A stretch of DNA of 64,000 bases from Anthoceros angustus. Lineage: Eukaryota > Plantae > Anthocerotophyta. The notes under the pieces were generated by a model, which saw only the letters and a program-made list of their open reading frames with translations, was not told the DNA's origin and ran no database searches. A program made the translations under genes and the position numbers. Location: NCBI GenBank assembly GCA_010909165.1, contig MU008166.1, positions 682,001 through 746,000 on the forward strand. Direction: 5' to 3'. This document shows, piece after piece, positions 45,669-58,084 of this stretch. Numbering within the stretch: the first letter of the stretch is position 1; every line of letters begins with the position of its first letter.

Positions 45669-47006
45669 GTCCTCTGGAGCTAGAATTCAATACCCCAGCA
45701 ATCCCCAAGAGCTCTGGCCTCATAAAGCATCAAGCATCAGGCCAAATGTAACCCTTCCCTCCACAAGCTGCTGACACAATTCACAAGGAACCGAAGCAGC
45801 TCAGAATCAACCACGTGGCTTGCAGGACACCCTATCTGCAACACCGCCACTGCTGCATCAAATTGCCCTTATCTACAAGTTTGCAGCCAGCATACCAGGA
45901 AATTCCCCTGCACCGCCACCGACACCACCACCATCACCTCCCAGTACCGGGTCTGTGGGAGTCAACTCGGAACATCCTGAAGGCAGCTCACTGGTCCATC
46001 ACACCATCACCCACCATGGCTTCTACCAGTCTACACACACTTCCTCAGAATGCTGCATTCCACGCCCGGAGAGTGGAGACCGCTCCTGATGACACTGTAT
46101 AGCGAGAATTCGAATCCCCTTCGACTGTCAAGCTGACGGGTCCGTTTACCACAGGTGGCGGGTGAAACAAACGACGCTTGACGAAATGCGCCTGTAAATC
46201 CACAGCGTGCAGTGCTGGATTTTTGAATGTTGAAAACCAAGGGGATTCCGATACTGTCACGCGATGCCCAGGGCCCGAGTCACAAGCCTACAGCTGCGCA
46301 CTCTAGCCTGCCTTTTTCAAAGGTAGGCTTCGTCCGTTGGCCTGGAAGGGAAGATAGATCGACAGCGCCTCGCCCTACGCTGCGGAAGATAAACTCCAGT
46401 CCGTGGCAACGCACGTGCCGGCGCTGCGGATGGTGCGGGGGGTAAGGCTCTGGTGGGTTTCGGGAGTTTTGGCGAACCCCGTTGTGCGGATTTGGGGGCA
46501 GCTGTGGCCAGGCAGAGCTTAGGATGCTGGACGAGACTGCTGTGTTCTGAGGGACCAGGTTTGGCGGATTTCTGTGTTGTGGGTGGTGATCTGGATAAAA
46601 GATGTGGTTGTGGGCACTAGACATAGCACTATTCTGGATGCGGTTATGAGGGAAGAAGTGGCGTTGAGGTGACGGGTGCCATGTTCGGCTCATGGGTGTC
46701 CATTGCCCTGGAGGATTTCGCACTCTTGGGAATCTGGAGATTCGGGGGCATTGGTAGTTGCCGCATCGTGAGTATCGGAGTGCCGTCTAAGGACCGTGTT
46801 TCCCAGCTAGGAGGACATATGTTTCGAGAAATGCACTGGATGCTCAAGTGGTTCTGACTTGTGGTGTCAGGTAGTGGTGTGTGGCGGAATTCAGATTTGA
46901 TGCAGTGCTTTGGTGTTCGCCCTAGTAGTTGTTGAGGGCGTGGGGAATTTCAGCAGACGTTTGTTGTCTTAATTGGTTGTGATCCACCGTCTGTCCCTGC
47001 AGGGGA

Positions 47007-48497
47007 ATGGGGTCCCTGGATGAGTTAGGGGACCATGGAGACTACTTGGAAGCACAACTGCTCACAGATCCTGTGTCCCAGCCAGAGGATACAAGTGGAT
47101 CGGACACTGGTAGAGTTTTATACAGGGCATCGTTCGAGGATCTCGAGCGCAGTCATGTGAATTATGACACGATTCAGTGGTTCCTCATATCGTTGGTACT
47201 TATTTTAGCTTATGGGGTTGGATTGCTTATGATTCTGTATATACCTGTAAGGCGTTATGTGATGAGGAAGGATATCAGATCCCGGAAGCTCTATGTAACA
47301 TCTACTGCTGTGGTTTACCAGGTTGGATCACTAGTCATAAAACTTCTGTGAAAAGGATTGGAACCCAATCTTTAGGGCAGTTCAGAGAGCTGCAAGCAGT
47401 CCAAATGTTTGCTGCCCACTCTGTTCGTTGTGCATTGGGTTAGAGAAATTAATGGCAACTGCCCATCATGGGTCGCAGGTGGAACGTCCTATATTTCTAC
47501 CTTGTTTTGGCGTGTATAAGAGGGAAAAGCATGTTCTTCTACATCTAGTCAGTGACATTGTCATTGAGCAAGGTTTGTCACTAGGAAAAGCCACATAAGT
47601 CTAATGCTGTTGAAATTTCTAGAGGCAAGAAAGGAGTATGTGCATGGTAAACGATGCTGCTTTTGGCTGGTATGCTGGACTTATTATGCTTGCGCAACAT
47701 GATCCTACAGGTTGTTTACAGTCATACTATGGCATCTCGGCCGTCCGCATTGAGAGCATTGGTCACAACAGGGCAGGGCCAGATGAAGTTCGAATACAGG
47801 GAATTTCAAACCCCAAACTATTTAGGCAGGTATGAATCGAATTCGCTACCCCTGGCCCAATTAGCTTCCGGTGTCTCTCTTAGATAGCCTGCCCTGACTT
47901 GGTGGAAATGGTAGGTGGTGCTGATGACAGCAGCCAGTTTAAGGCAACAACGAGGGGATGCCTTTGTTGATGGCTCCAAAGGGGATGAGATGATCCAGGT
48001 GGAGGACTTGCAGCTACGAAATCCTCAACTGCCTCGGGAGTCACGAGTGTGGGCTTGGCAGCCAGCCACAGCAGGAGTGACTTCATGGCAGGTAATGTCT
48101 CAAGGTGTGTGATATCTGTATGGAATCTAGAATCGCATGACAGATTCTGGGATCCGATGCAGTTGGAACATTCGCATTTGGGCTGCGCAGACAGGGTATT
48201 CGAAGCTTGGCAGTGGGCAGACTGAATCAGGGTCTTCTACTTCCAGTCCCAGAGATACAGTTTACAGAAAGTTGGAAGAGGTTGAGAAGTCTCTGAAGGT
48301 AAGGGTCTTCACTGGGCTCTGTCATCATTGTTAGGGTGAACTGGCCTTCCCGATCCTGAACCTTGTTGCGGATGCAGAGGCTCGAGCTTCTGATCGCCAC
48401 AAGGCCATTCCCAGCTGAGCATTCCACTCCACTTCTCCAACCTCAGGCTCAATCTCTAAATGCTGACGCACAGGGAGTAGCTACTCCGGAAAGTTAA
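47007..48497 (+). CDS. Uncharacterised conserved membrane protein (two TM segments and a PH-like domain), about 6 exons
   Basis: LYRASFEDLERSHVNYDTIQWFLISLVLILAYGVGLLMILYIPVRRYVMRKDIRSRKLYVT / ERPIFLPCFGVYKREKHV..DIVIEQ / LQSYYGISAVRIES..IQGISNPKLFR / ..KLEEVEKSLK-RLELLI; GT-AG junctions. Confidence 0.72.
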
Positions 48498-49662
48498 GAA
48501 GATCCGTCAAGATCACTTTTTCTTTAGATTTTTGTGAGCCAAAGAGTTATGTTTTTATCACCCGCAAGTTGCTTGCAAGCTTCTCGTGGTGCCATATTCG
48601 AGAGGAGCACGACGTTGCGACAGGTTGCAGGTGGCTACTTACGCGATTCACCTTAACGGATGTAGCGTAGCATGCCTGCTAGTCTGTCTTTAAGAGCACA
48701 CCCCCGACATGGGACAAAAGTCCCGGGCACCTCGGACGGTTTCTTGATGAAGAGAATAGCACAGGGACAATATGGGAATCGCCTCATTCAGTTTTTCACA
48801 AAAATCACTACCTTCACAAGCGATCCTTATCGGTGCTCATGTCAGGAACAGCATCTGACCTCTTGTCACGTAGCCAGGCCAGATCAGGCCAGGCCTCCAA
48901 GTTTGGCCCGCTGTTCTGCCACTGCCAAGTGGAAGAGCACTTATACAGGATCGGGAGGAGGCAGACAAAACTATCAAAGCTCCTTTCCCTTGGGAGCCAC
49001 CACAGCTATTGAACAGGGTGACTGCCACAACAGTAAGGCCTCTGGATCAGAACAGAGGTGAGAATCCTGGTTCATCGACTTCTTCGCACACCTGCCTGAC
49101 ACTGCCTCAATCCAGATTGCGGCGTCCCGGTCACCCCGACTAGGGGACAGCCGCGCGTACATGTCTTGTCCGATTGCTGTACTTGAAGTGGAACCAACTA
49201 TGTATGTACAAATGGATGATCTTCCAAACCCCTCTCCCTCCCAGAGCCTCTTTATCCAACACTGTGCCCGCACCATGAAGAGACCTCCTGCTGGTTAGGG
49301 TTTCATGTTTCATCTGGATCAAATCTCAAACTTACAATGTGCAGTATGTATAGCTGATCCCGTACGTCATGGAGCAAGGTCACCATGACTGAATCGTGGC
49401 CTGAACACCCTGGCATTCCACGATCCCAAACCCTGAACCCCGGCATTCCACGATCACCGGCAAGAAGGCGAAGGGAACAACCTGTCGACATGCAGCCCTA
49501 GATCGGGCACATTGCCGCTGATAGAAAACGATTCAGAACAGTAAACTTCGTAGGCAGATCCAGGCCTGTGCCTTTGCAAATGCAGACAGGGTGACAAACG
49601 CTTTTGTGGTGCACAAGGGGACAGAAGAGAACAGCAGTTTCGTGATGCAAGCCGTCGTGTTC

Positions 49663-49716
49663 AGATATGCAGATGTATGCAGATGTATGCAGATGTATGC
49701 AGATGTATGCAGATGC
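49663..49716. repeat. 10-bp minisatellite (agatgtatgc) x5
   Basis: Seen directly in the sequence. Confidence 0.95.
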
Positions 49717-50577
49717 CTCCGGAGGTGAGGGTGGAGTGGAAGCAAATGTCGCAGCTCTCACCCTGGCCTTGCAGCCGGACGCACAGTGCGGGGATGTGTG
49801 CAAGAGATTCCAGATTGAGTGTGCATACAAACGCGCATCCGCGTTCCAGCTCCAGCTGCAGCAGATCGCGTTCCAGCGCAGACCCTAAAAGCGCCGGCAA
49901 GCTGTTTGCCGGCGGGCAGGCGGTAGCGCTTGCCAGCGCCAGGGTGGTCTGGTACGAACGTAAGTACTTACACACGGTAAACAGGCGACCCGGTCCGAAG
50001 CACGTTGTGGGCAGAACTGTTTGACATTAGAACCACATGCGGTAGCAGGGGCAAGGCAAGTTGAGGGGTTCCTGCTCACCGCGCTTTACACCGCGCTCGT
50101 CCCAGCGCCTCCTTCTGGAGGACAGTCAGGCCAGATAATGACGCAATGTTAAACAAAGCAGGAGAATTCGATTCACCGCGTCTCTCACTGGGTGTATGGT
50201 CTGGATCTGCGTGGGGGCTCGCATCAGGGTACGTAAACAAGCACGTGAGGCTTACAAGCTACAGCCATGGCGAGGTGGAAGCCCGGGGCGGGCACTTGGC
50301 AAATCCGCGGCTGCTCTGCACGCGTGCCTACAAAACGTCCAGCCGCTTGGTCGGGGCGTCTCGAATCGAGGCTCGTCTCGGCAGTGGGTGACACGCTCTC
50401 ACGCTCCAGCCCAGGCCGCCGCAAGTGTGGCGTGATCGGACATGGTGGAGAAGGTGTGGTCGTGCCTGCCTCGGGAGCGGTCGGCGTCTTTCGGGCGGTG
50501 CAGGTGGAGCCAGCGACCGCCCACCAAGCTGCGGCGGGTGGGCGACCAGGACGGGCCGACGGCGTTGCCGTGCGGCT

Positions 50578-51320
50578 ATGGCGGCGGATGAGTCCGAGGA
50601 GCTGAAGCAGGAGGAGGAGGAAGAGGAGGAGCAACCGAAACAGGAACAGGAGGTTGGAGCGGATCGGGATCGGGATCGGGGAACGGAGGGGCTGGGCGGG
50701 AACGGAGGCGGGCGCGGCCGACGGCCGCAGATGCGGAGACGAGGCACCCGGTGTACCGGGGAGTGCGAAGGAGGAGCTGGGGGAAATGGGTGTCGGAAAT
50801 CCGGGAGCCCAGGAAGAAGTCGAGGATTTGGCTGGGTTCCTTCACCAACCCGGAGATGGCCGCGCGGGCCTACGACGTGGCCGCCCACTGCCTCAAGGGC
50901 GCGGAGGCCTTGCTCAATTTCCCGGAGTGCCGCACATCGCTCCCCCGCCCGGCCTCCATGTCGCCCAAATCCATCCAGGCCACAGCGGCCCGGTACGCGT
51001 CGGACTCGGGGATGCTGCACCGCGCTGTGCCGGGGGCCGGCGAGGGAGATTCTGGAGCTGGCTCGAGTCGCTGGCAGGAGGAGGAATCCGCCGGCGCAAC
51101 TGGCTCCCATGAATCAGAATCAGAGCAGAGAGAGCAGAAAGAGGAGCGGCAGCCGGAGCCCGAGTACCTCGACGAGGACTCCATTTTCGACATGCATAAT
51201 GTGCTCAAAGGAATGGCGCAGGCGATGCTGCTGGAGCACAGCTGCCCGCTTTCCTACGACGAGGCATGGCGTGACGACGACGACGATGACACCGCCTGGG
51301 ACCCCGGGTTGTGGGACTGA
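50578..51320 (+). CDS. AP2/ERF transcription factor, DREB subfamily (A-4/TINY-like); probable -1 frameshift in the A-run at 50638-50640
   Basis: [51 protein letters not shown] (V14/E19 DREB signature); C-terminal [21 protein letters not shown] and LWD*; one added A links MAADESEE.. to the AP2 frame. Confidence 0.85.
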
Positions 51321-52122
51321 AATTTCCTTCACCAATTCTTGCCAATTCCTTCGTCTCTTCATTTCTCTGAGCTCCGGGAAGGAGACAGAGGTTGCTGCGT
51401 TGCAATTCCAATTCAATTTCCTGGCTGCTCAGTTCGTTTGTAATGCGAGGAAATTTTTCGATGCGTTTATTTTGGTGCCCAGCGAAGTGGGCTGATCGAT
51501 GATCGATGAGTGCGCGAGCATGAGGTTGGTATGGAGTGGCAAGGCAGCCTTACAGGTCTCTGGGCATTGTAGTACATACCCGGCTGGGCGATACGCTGTG
51601 GGTACCACACCCAATCAATGCTTCCGGTTCCTTTTGCATTGAGTTTTCCAAAATCTATGTAAAGAAGGAGTTTTGCAATCTGAAGGGAATTTCTACAAAT
51701 ATGAAAAGCTTGGTGTGTCTGGATGCCAGCCACAGGGTGCGCAATGTCGGGCGGCGGCCACGAAGGAGTTGCCGGAAGCTGGACAGCAAAATATAGTCTA
51801 TATTGCGGACTAGGTAGTGCTGCAGCTGCCAAATATTCCTGCAACCCTGCTCGCATTCGCTCATTTGGGCATAGTGACACGCGCATGATTCTCCCAATCT
51901 ATGCACCCAGAAATTGATGATATTTGGAAAGTCTGCCCACTCACCCGGAGCCCTGCACAAGCAACCGCAGCGGCAGAGACAGAGGGGATGCTGCATAGAA
52001 TCGAGCCCAGTGTTGACCACCAGACGTACACTACGGGACAGAGAAGAGATCTGACACCCCTCACTCTGGACATCCAACTGATTGAATATAGCCAAAGTTG
52101 TGCATAAAGTCACCTCCGTAAA

Positions 52123-52199
52123 TGGATCAGGAACAGCCTCATGAGGTCCACATGAAAATTTCAGCGGTCAAAGATGGTTTTTCTGTTTCATCACGTCCA
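52123..52199 (-). ncRNA. Box C/D snoRNA paralogue A
   Basis: TGGAC-GTGATGA..CTGA..ATGTGGA..GAGGCTGTTC-CTGA-TCCA. Confidence 0.75.
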
Positions 52200-52275
52200 G
52201 TAGGGGCCCAGCTGCTTCACTTTGACACAATACGGTCAGTCCACACACAAATCACCTGGTAGAGCTAAGCAGAAA

Positions 52276-52352
52276 TGGATCAGAAACAGCCTCATAAGGT
52301 CCACATGCAAATTTCAGTGGAAAGTCGATGATTTTCTGTTTCATCAAGTCCA
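52276..52352 (-). ncRNA. Box C/D snoRNA paralogue B
   Basis: TGGAC-TTGATGA..ATCGACTTTCCA-CTGA..ATGTGGA..GAGGCTGTTT-CTGA-TCCA. Confidence 0.72.
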
Positions 52353-52431
52353 GTTGGGGCCTAGCTGCTTCACTGTGGTTCTATGCAGTCAGTCCACACA
52401 CGATCAGAGCAGACATGGTGAACAGAGAAGC

Positions 52432-52505
52432 GGATCAGAAACAGCCTCATGGTGTCCACATCACTTGTTCAGTGGAAAGTCGATATCGCTTGTTTCATCA
52501 CCTCC
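52432..52505 (-). ncRNA. Box C/D snoRNA paralogue C
   Basis: GGAG-GTGATGA..ATCGACTTTCCA-CTGA..ATGTGGA..GAGGCTGTTT-CTGA-TCC. Confidence 0.72.
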
Positions 52506-52901
52506 ACTTGCTCTTCACCACTGATACAACCTAGCTTGCCTACTTAAGAGGAAGACGTGCGTCAAGGAGATCAAAAGAAGCAAACCCTAATCACCGAACC
52601 TGAGACCCCATTACACCCAATCGTCTTGAAAACCATAACGCGTACCCATCAAGCCAGGAATTCGAAAGGAAACAAGGCGGCAAATCACATTCCTAAATTT
52701 CTCTGGCTGACTTTCCAGACAACCACCATAATAAATCACTACAAGAAACAAAATGTTCCCGACGACTCAGGCTCTTGACCGTGAAACTCCTAACCACGGT
52801 CCACAGCTCCGACCGCGCTCTTTCAGGTCGCCAGATAATAAATGGACTTCGTCTGTCCATAACCCTAGCCGCTCGCAACGGCAAGTATACCAGAACCCGC
52901 G

Positions 52902-53099
52902 TCACCGGAGCCTTCTTGCCTCCCTCTCCGACTCCAGCAGAGTCAGAATGTCACCTTCTCGTACCGGCCCCTTTACGTTCCTCATGATCAGCCGGTTCTG
53001 GTCATCCAGAAACTTGACACGCACCTGGGTGACCTGTCCCCTGGAACCCGTGCGCCCAATCACCTTAACCACGACCGCCAGCTTCACAGATGAATCCAT
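52902..53099 (-). CDS. RPS28: 40S ribosomal protein S28 (eS28), copy 2, identical protein
   Basis: Same 65-aa sequence as 42686-42883, with synonymous differences only. Confidence 0.97.
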   Translation of the reverse strand: MDSSVKLAVVVKVIGRTGSRGQVTQVRVKFLDDQNRLIMRNVKGPVREGDILTLLESEREARRLR

Positions 53100-53316
53100 G
53101 GCTTACAGACTACTCCACCTGATCCAACATCCAAACGTGACAGGGGGGAATGAGTCACAACACCAGCAAAAATCTTCAAGACACCGCGAAGAGCTCACGC
53201 AAAAGCCTCACCAGCAGCAGCAATGCGTGCAGCGGGCGGAAGACTGAAGCACACTTCACCACGCGCCTCTGAGGCAGAGAAAGCCTGAAACACCGCCTTC
53301 ACTGTCTACGGCAGTG

Positions 53317-53324
53317 AAACCCTA
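53317..53324. promoter_or_regulatory. Telo-box (AAACCCTA) upstream of RPS28 copy 2
   Basis: Exact motif about 220 bp 5' of the ATG; telo-boxes are typical of plant ribosomal-protein genes. A short motif like this can also occur by chance. Confidence 0.4.
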
Positions 53325-54146
53325 GACGGCCGGGAGAAAAAGGGCAACAAGGTTTGACACGTCCGGCAACAAGCTATGACCTCTTCCCGCCGCTACATAT
53401 GTAGGTACACATATATAGTAGACAAGAAGGGAAAATGACATTTAAGCGACGTTAATAAAATCAAAATTATATCCACCCGAGGGTGATGAAGTAAGACTAG
53501 GAGCAGTCGGATTCAGTGCTTTTTGGGTAGTGCTCTTGGTGATCACGCTAGCGAGAGCTCCTCGGTTGGGATCCGGTCCATAAGGACAAAGAGCTTTTCA
53601 AAGATGCCGCACACATGCCGCCTGTCAGCATATTACAGTGACAAGGTGAGCCTTAAATTTCCCTGCAAATTCCGAGGCTAACCACTTGCTCGCCGGTTCC
53701 AGAGATCCACATCAATGCCCATCTATGCTCGATGCCCCATGGCCCCTGCTCCATCCAGATTTGGGATTTCCCAAGAGCCGAGATGAGGTTACCTAGCTCT
53801 GGCTGCTGGTGCAAGTGAGAGTTCACCTGCTTTTGGTGCTTGGCCATCTCATGAAATCCTGCTATCCTGTCAGGACCTTGTGTTTGTCTTGGCCACCTCA
53901 TGAAATCCTCCATTCTTGTCAGGACCTTGTGTCTGGGCTGGGAGCACTGGTGGAGTGCACACGTCACATCTAGAGACCTGGTTTTAAGGGCGAGCTTGTG
54001 GTTCATCCTACCAGTCTGCATATACTGTAACAGTACGTATCTGCTGACGTCCTGCAGTCATGAGACACCCTTCGTCGACAGGCGTCAGGTTCAAAACATG
54101 GAGGCACACGTTGCTCCTAATTCGTGGTCCAAGAGCTTTAGGGTGG

Positions 54147-57100
54147 TCACGTGGGAAACGGACCAAACAGAGGAACAAGCATCAGCTCAAACCAAGCTCC
54201 AAAACCATAAGAGAGCATTATCATTTGCGCTAATGCCAGAGCCCCAACAGTCACGAGCTGATCTTCGAAATCCGACTTCCTCACGCTCCTTGCTTGCAAC
54301 TCTTCCACCTGGCAGACAAGAACATGACAGTGATTGAGGTGAAGATCGGAGAAGAGCTTGCAGAGAGGCGAGGTGAGGTGAGTTGGCAAACGGATTCCAA
54401 CCTGTTGTGTCAAAACCTGGACCTTAGCCTCTTCCGCCAACCTGCGGCTCTCCTCTTGGCTCAAGAGTTCCTCTAACCGAGACCCCGAGCCCGAGGATGC
54501 TAGTGGCGGTGCACCACCCTCCCAATGTTCCAGTATGCGCAGACAAGCTTCCAACTCTTGTTGCATGTCCCGTTGTTTTTCCAACTCACTCTCCAGCATC
54601 TCATACTGCTGGTTCAAGGATCTCATCAACTCGTCGCTGCCTACTGTGGCAGGGGCAGGGGCAGCCTGCTGCTTGCTCACCTCCTGCTGCAGGTCTGCGT
54701 ACCTCTTCTGCAAGCTATGGTACGACTCCAGGAGCAGGCCGAGCTTGTCCGGGTCGATTGCAAGCCCCTTCCCCTTCAAGTTGTCCCTTGCCATCCCCTC
54801 CTCCTCCTTGGTGGGTGAGAAGAGGTAATTGTCTATCACCCAGTTGTAGTCCTCAAAATCAACCTTGCTGGCGCTACCATCGGCCGCAGCTTCACCTGGT
54901 CTTGCACTTGCACTTGGGCCTTCCGACTCCCTTATCCTACTCCTCAAGTCGCTCATCTGCAGGCATTTCATGGATTCCAACCACAATCCGTGTCAGAAAC
55001 TCCAATGCCATCAGCGGGTCATCTGAATGATTGTCGCAACCACCAACCATGCAACCAACCTCTTGCGTTAATTTGCCAACTTCCACCTCGGCCTCGGCTC
55101 TGCGGCCCTCTTCCTGCTGCAATCTCCGCAGCAGGGCCATGTTCTCCTGCGACAGCTGCTCCACGGCAGAGTCTGAACGAGACATGCCACTCACTTGCGA
55201 CTCCAGCTGCTCACGGAGGCCTCTCTCACGCTCCGCCTGCTGTCTGTAAATCTCCGCTTGCTCCGAGGCAGAGTCTGAACCAGACATGCTGCTTACCTGC
55301 GACTCCAACTGCGCACGGAGGCCTCTCTCATGCTCCGCCTGCTGTCTGTAAACCTCCACCTGCTGTCTGAGAATCTCCGCCTGCTCCGCGGCTTTCATCT
55401 TCTCCTCGGAGCCCACCAGCTTGCTCTCCATTTCCTTCACTTTGGCCTCGTACTCCTTAAGGCCGGCATTGCTGCTCTGCAGTTTGTCTTGGTACTCGTC
55501 GATCTGCTGCTGCAGCTCCACTATCTTCCTGGACGATTGCTCTGCATACCGCTCCAAACCAGAGGGCTTCTTCGGAGACCGCTTCTTCTCCTCCGCTGCG
55601 GCAGCCGCAACTTTCTTCCCGCTCCCACTGCGTATACTCTGTTCCAACCACGACATGTCGCTCTGCATTTCCCGCAGTCTCTTCTCCTGCTCTGTCAACA
55701 AGTCATCGCGGTCCTGCAATTGTCGCTCGTACTGCTGCACTTTCTTCTCTTGCCCCACCAATATCTGACCCCGATTCTGCAACTGCTGCTCGTACCCCTG
55801 GAGCTCCAGTTGTTTCTGTCGCAGCTTCGCCTTCTCTTGATGCAACTGCTTCTGCTCCTCTTCCAAATTCTCCTTCCGCTCTTCCAAATCCTCATTCCGT
55901 TCTGCAGCCATCTGCACGGCTCGACTCTCCAGCGCTGCAACCTGCGCTACCACAGAATGTCATTCATCATCTCATGCATGATTCTCATGGCACCATGAAT
56001 CTCCGCATCACATGCTCGTGCCTTGTTGCAAGATGAGAAAAACTCTCATGGCATCATCTCCTGCGACATGCTCGGCCCTTCCTGCAAGCGCAGACACATT
56101 TCCGGACCTGCACTCTCAGCCTCTCAGCCTCATCCTCAGCAGCACGGCGACGCGCCTTCTCCTGGCTTGCCACCGCCATCTGGTGGCTGACTGCCTTCAA
56201 AACCTCCCGCTCCTCGGCCGACACAGGCTTAACCTGGATTACCCTCTCCGGCTGCGAGCCTCCTTTCAGCCCCGCCACCGTCAGGTACTGCGTGCGGACG
56301 GCCATGTTCTTGCCCCGGTCCTCCGTCTTCGTCATAGCGGGGAGCCTCAACAAGGGCATGTCGTTCTCGGAGCCATCCTCAATCCTGTAGCTTCCCCCAG
56401 CCGCGTCCGACACACCCCTTTCACCTGCCTCATCCTTCCCTTTAGCCGGGAAGTGGATGTCAGGCTTCTCGAACGCCACAGCCGGCACCCCCTCCTCCTG
56501 GGCCTGGCTGCCTCCTTCCAGCTGGGGAAACATCCTGCCCTCCTTGAACTTCCCGAAGGCCCCTTCCAAGATCTTCTCCACCAGCTCCGGGGGCGCATCC
56601 TTGGGGAACTCCGTCTCAACCTCTGTGCTGTACACCGTGGCCTCCACAGCAGAGCCCGGTGTGAGCCTGTCCAGCAGAGGGTGAATCAGGGCTTCCGCAA
56701 TGGGAGCCTGCTTCCTGGGGCTGGTGGCTGCCCCGTTCCAGGCCCCCTCCGGGCTGCCCAACTGCATCCACTCCGCGCTCTTGCTCCTGCCCCTCGCCTT
56801 GGTCGGAGAGAACGATCCGGACGGGGAGAGCGGCCCGCTTGCCGGCCCCTTCCCCCGAGACCAGAAAGCCCAGTTCCACGGCGGCCGGCTCTCCACCATC
56901 TGTTTCGACTCTGCAGATCCTCGTCGTGAAGACGACTCCGTGGGTGATCCATTCCCGCCCGAGCCGCGCCTCGACGGCGAGCTGAGGGCGGCTGCTGGAA
57001 GTTCCAGCCACGGGATCTCTTCCACTCCACGGGATCCTCGTCTTTGTGGCGACCTCGGGGAGGATGGCGATAGAAACGCAAAGCTCCCTTCGTTCCTCGG

Positions 57101-57854
57101 CTTGGCGCTTTGGTTCCTTGCCCTGGTCCGTTTCTGTCTTGCGGAAGTGCTGTCTGTTGCTGCAGCAGGCGCCCTGTCCCTAGGTGGGGACAATGATCTC
57201 TCACGCCATTCTGCATAGCTTGGATCTTCCTTCCTCGCCTGTCTGCCTGTGCGTTGCCTCGAAGTGATTGGAGACCCTGATCTGTCACGCCGTCCCCCGC
57301 TCTTCTCCCCAGCAGAAGATTTTTGTGGCACCCCGGGGGCGGCAATGGGAGCAGGTGCTTCCTTAGCGGGAGCTGCAGGGGCAGCCTCTACATCTGCTGC
57401 GGGGGCACCTGCTTCCTCTCTAACGTTTTTCCGTCTCTCCCTGGGTGGAGACAATGATCTCTCGCGGTCGGGAGGGCTACTGTTCCCCATTTTCGGTGAC
57501 AAACTGGAGGCTGGTCTAGGCAGCCTGCCGGACGTGTCTTTCGGACGTGTCCTCGTTCCAGACGACTCGGCCGACTTTTTGCCCTTCTCATTGCTTCTCT
57601 CAGGCTTGAGGATGAACTCGCTGGCCATGGGTGGATCATGGGTGGGTGGCTTCGAAGGTTGGATATCCCATCTCCTCCCTTGGATTTCGACTCCTACAGG
57701 TTGTAGCCAGACACCATCATCTCCCACAATGAGAGGCTGGAGCGTAGCTAAACTTGAAATCTTGTTCAGCACCTGGAATTAAGCTAGCTGCTTTCACCCA
57801 CTACCAGATAACAAAAAGTGTCTTCATTCCAAATCTCTGCTCGCAGCTGGAGCC
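54147..57854 (-). CDS. Large multi-exon protein: Ser/Pro/Arg-rich disordered region, long coiled coils and a C-terminal hydrophobic anchor (paralogue B); 5' end uncertain
   Basis: Long open exons at about 57775-56060, 55940-55045 and 54990-54390 rich in E/Q/K/L heptads; terminal exon ..VGALALAQMIMLSYGFGAWF..GPFPT*. Confidence 0.65.
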
Positions 57855-58084
57855 ACACCCGAGCTACAAGGAGCACCATGGAAGAAGGCCCCAAGCTGCA
57901 GCCAAAGGGTTTGAGGAATGTAGGCATTGACAACCTAATGTTGAGAACCTTGGAGAAACTAAGCTGTTTACAATGCTGCACAGCAGCAATTCAGTTCAAT
58001 TACATCGATGTCACAATAGCGGTTCAGGCTCCATATTGCGCAATCTCATGACCTTTCTCTTGAGCGGATACTCCAGCTTCGCTC

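Noticed and set aside
46280-46723. 147-aa Pro/His/Asn-rich minus-strand ORF
   Set aside because: Lies in the divergent promoter/5' UTR region between the NYN and membrane-protein genes; low complexity and no motif.
48670-49900. Possible small plus-strand gene around the 10-bp minisatellite
   Set aside because: Exon-like pieces could not be joined into a consistent frame or matched to any family.
50638-50640. Programmed ribosomal frameshift in the DREB gene (and likewise in the PPO)
   Set aside because: No slippery heptamer or downstream structure is evident; homopolymer sequencing error explains all such cases more simply.
51655-52113. ORF containing IDYILLSS, reminiscent of a LINE endonuclease end
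   Set aside because: Single short motif with no other APE motifs or adjacent RT.
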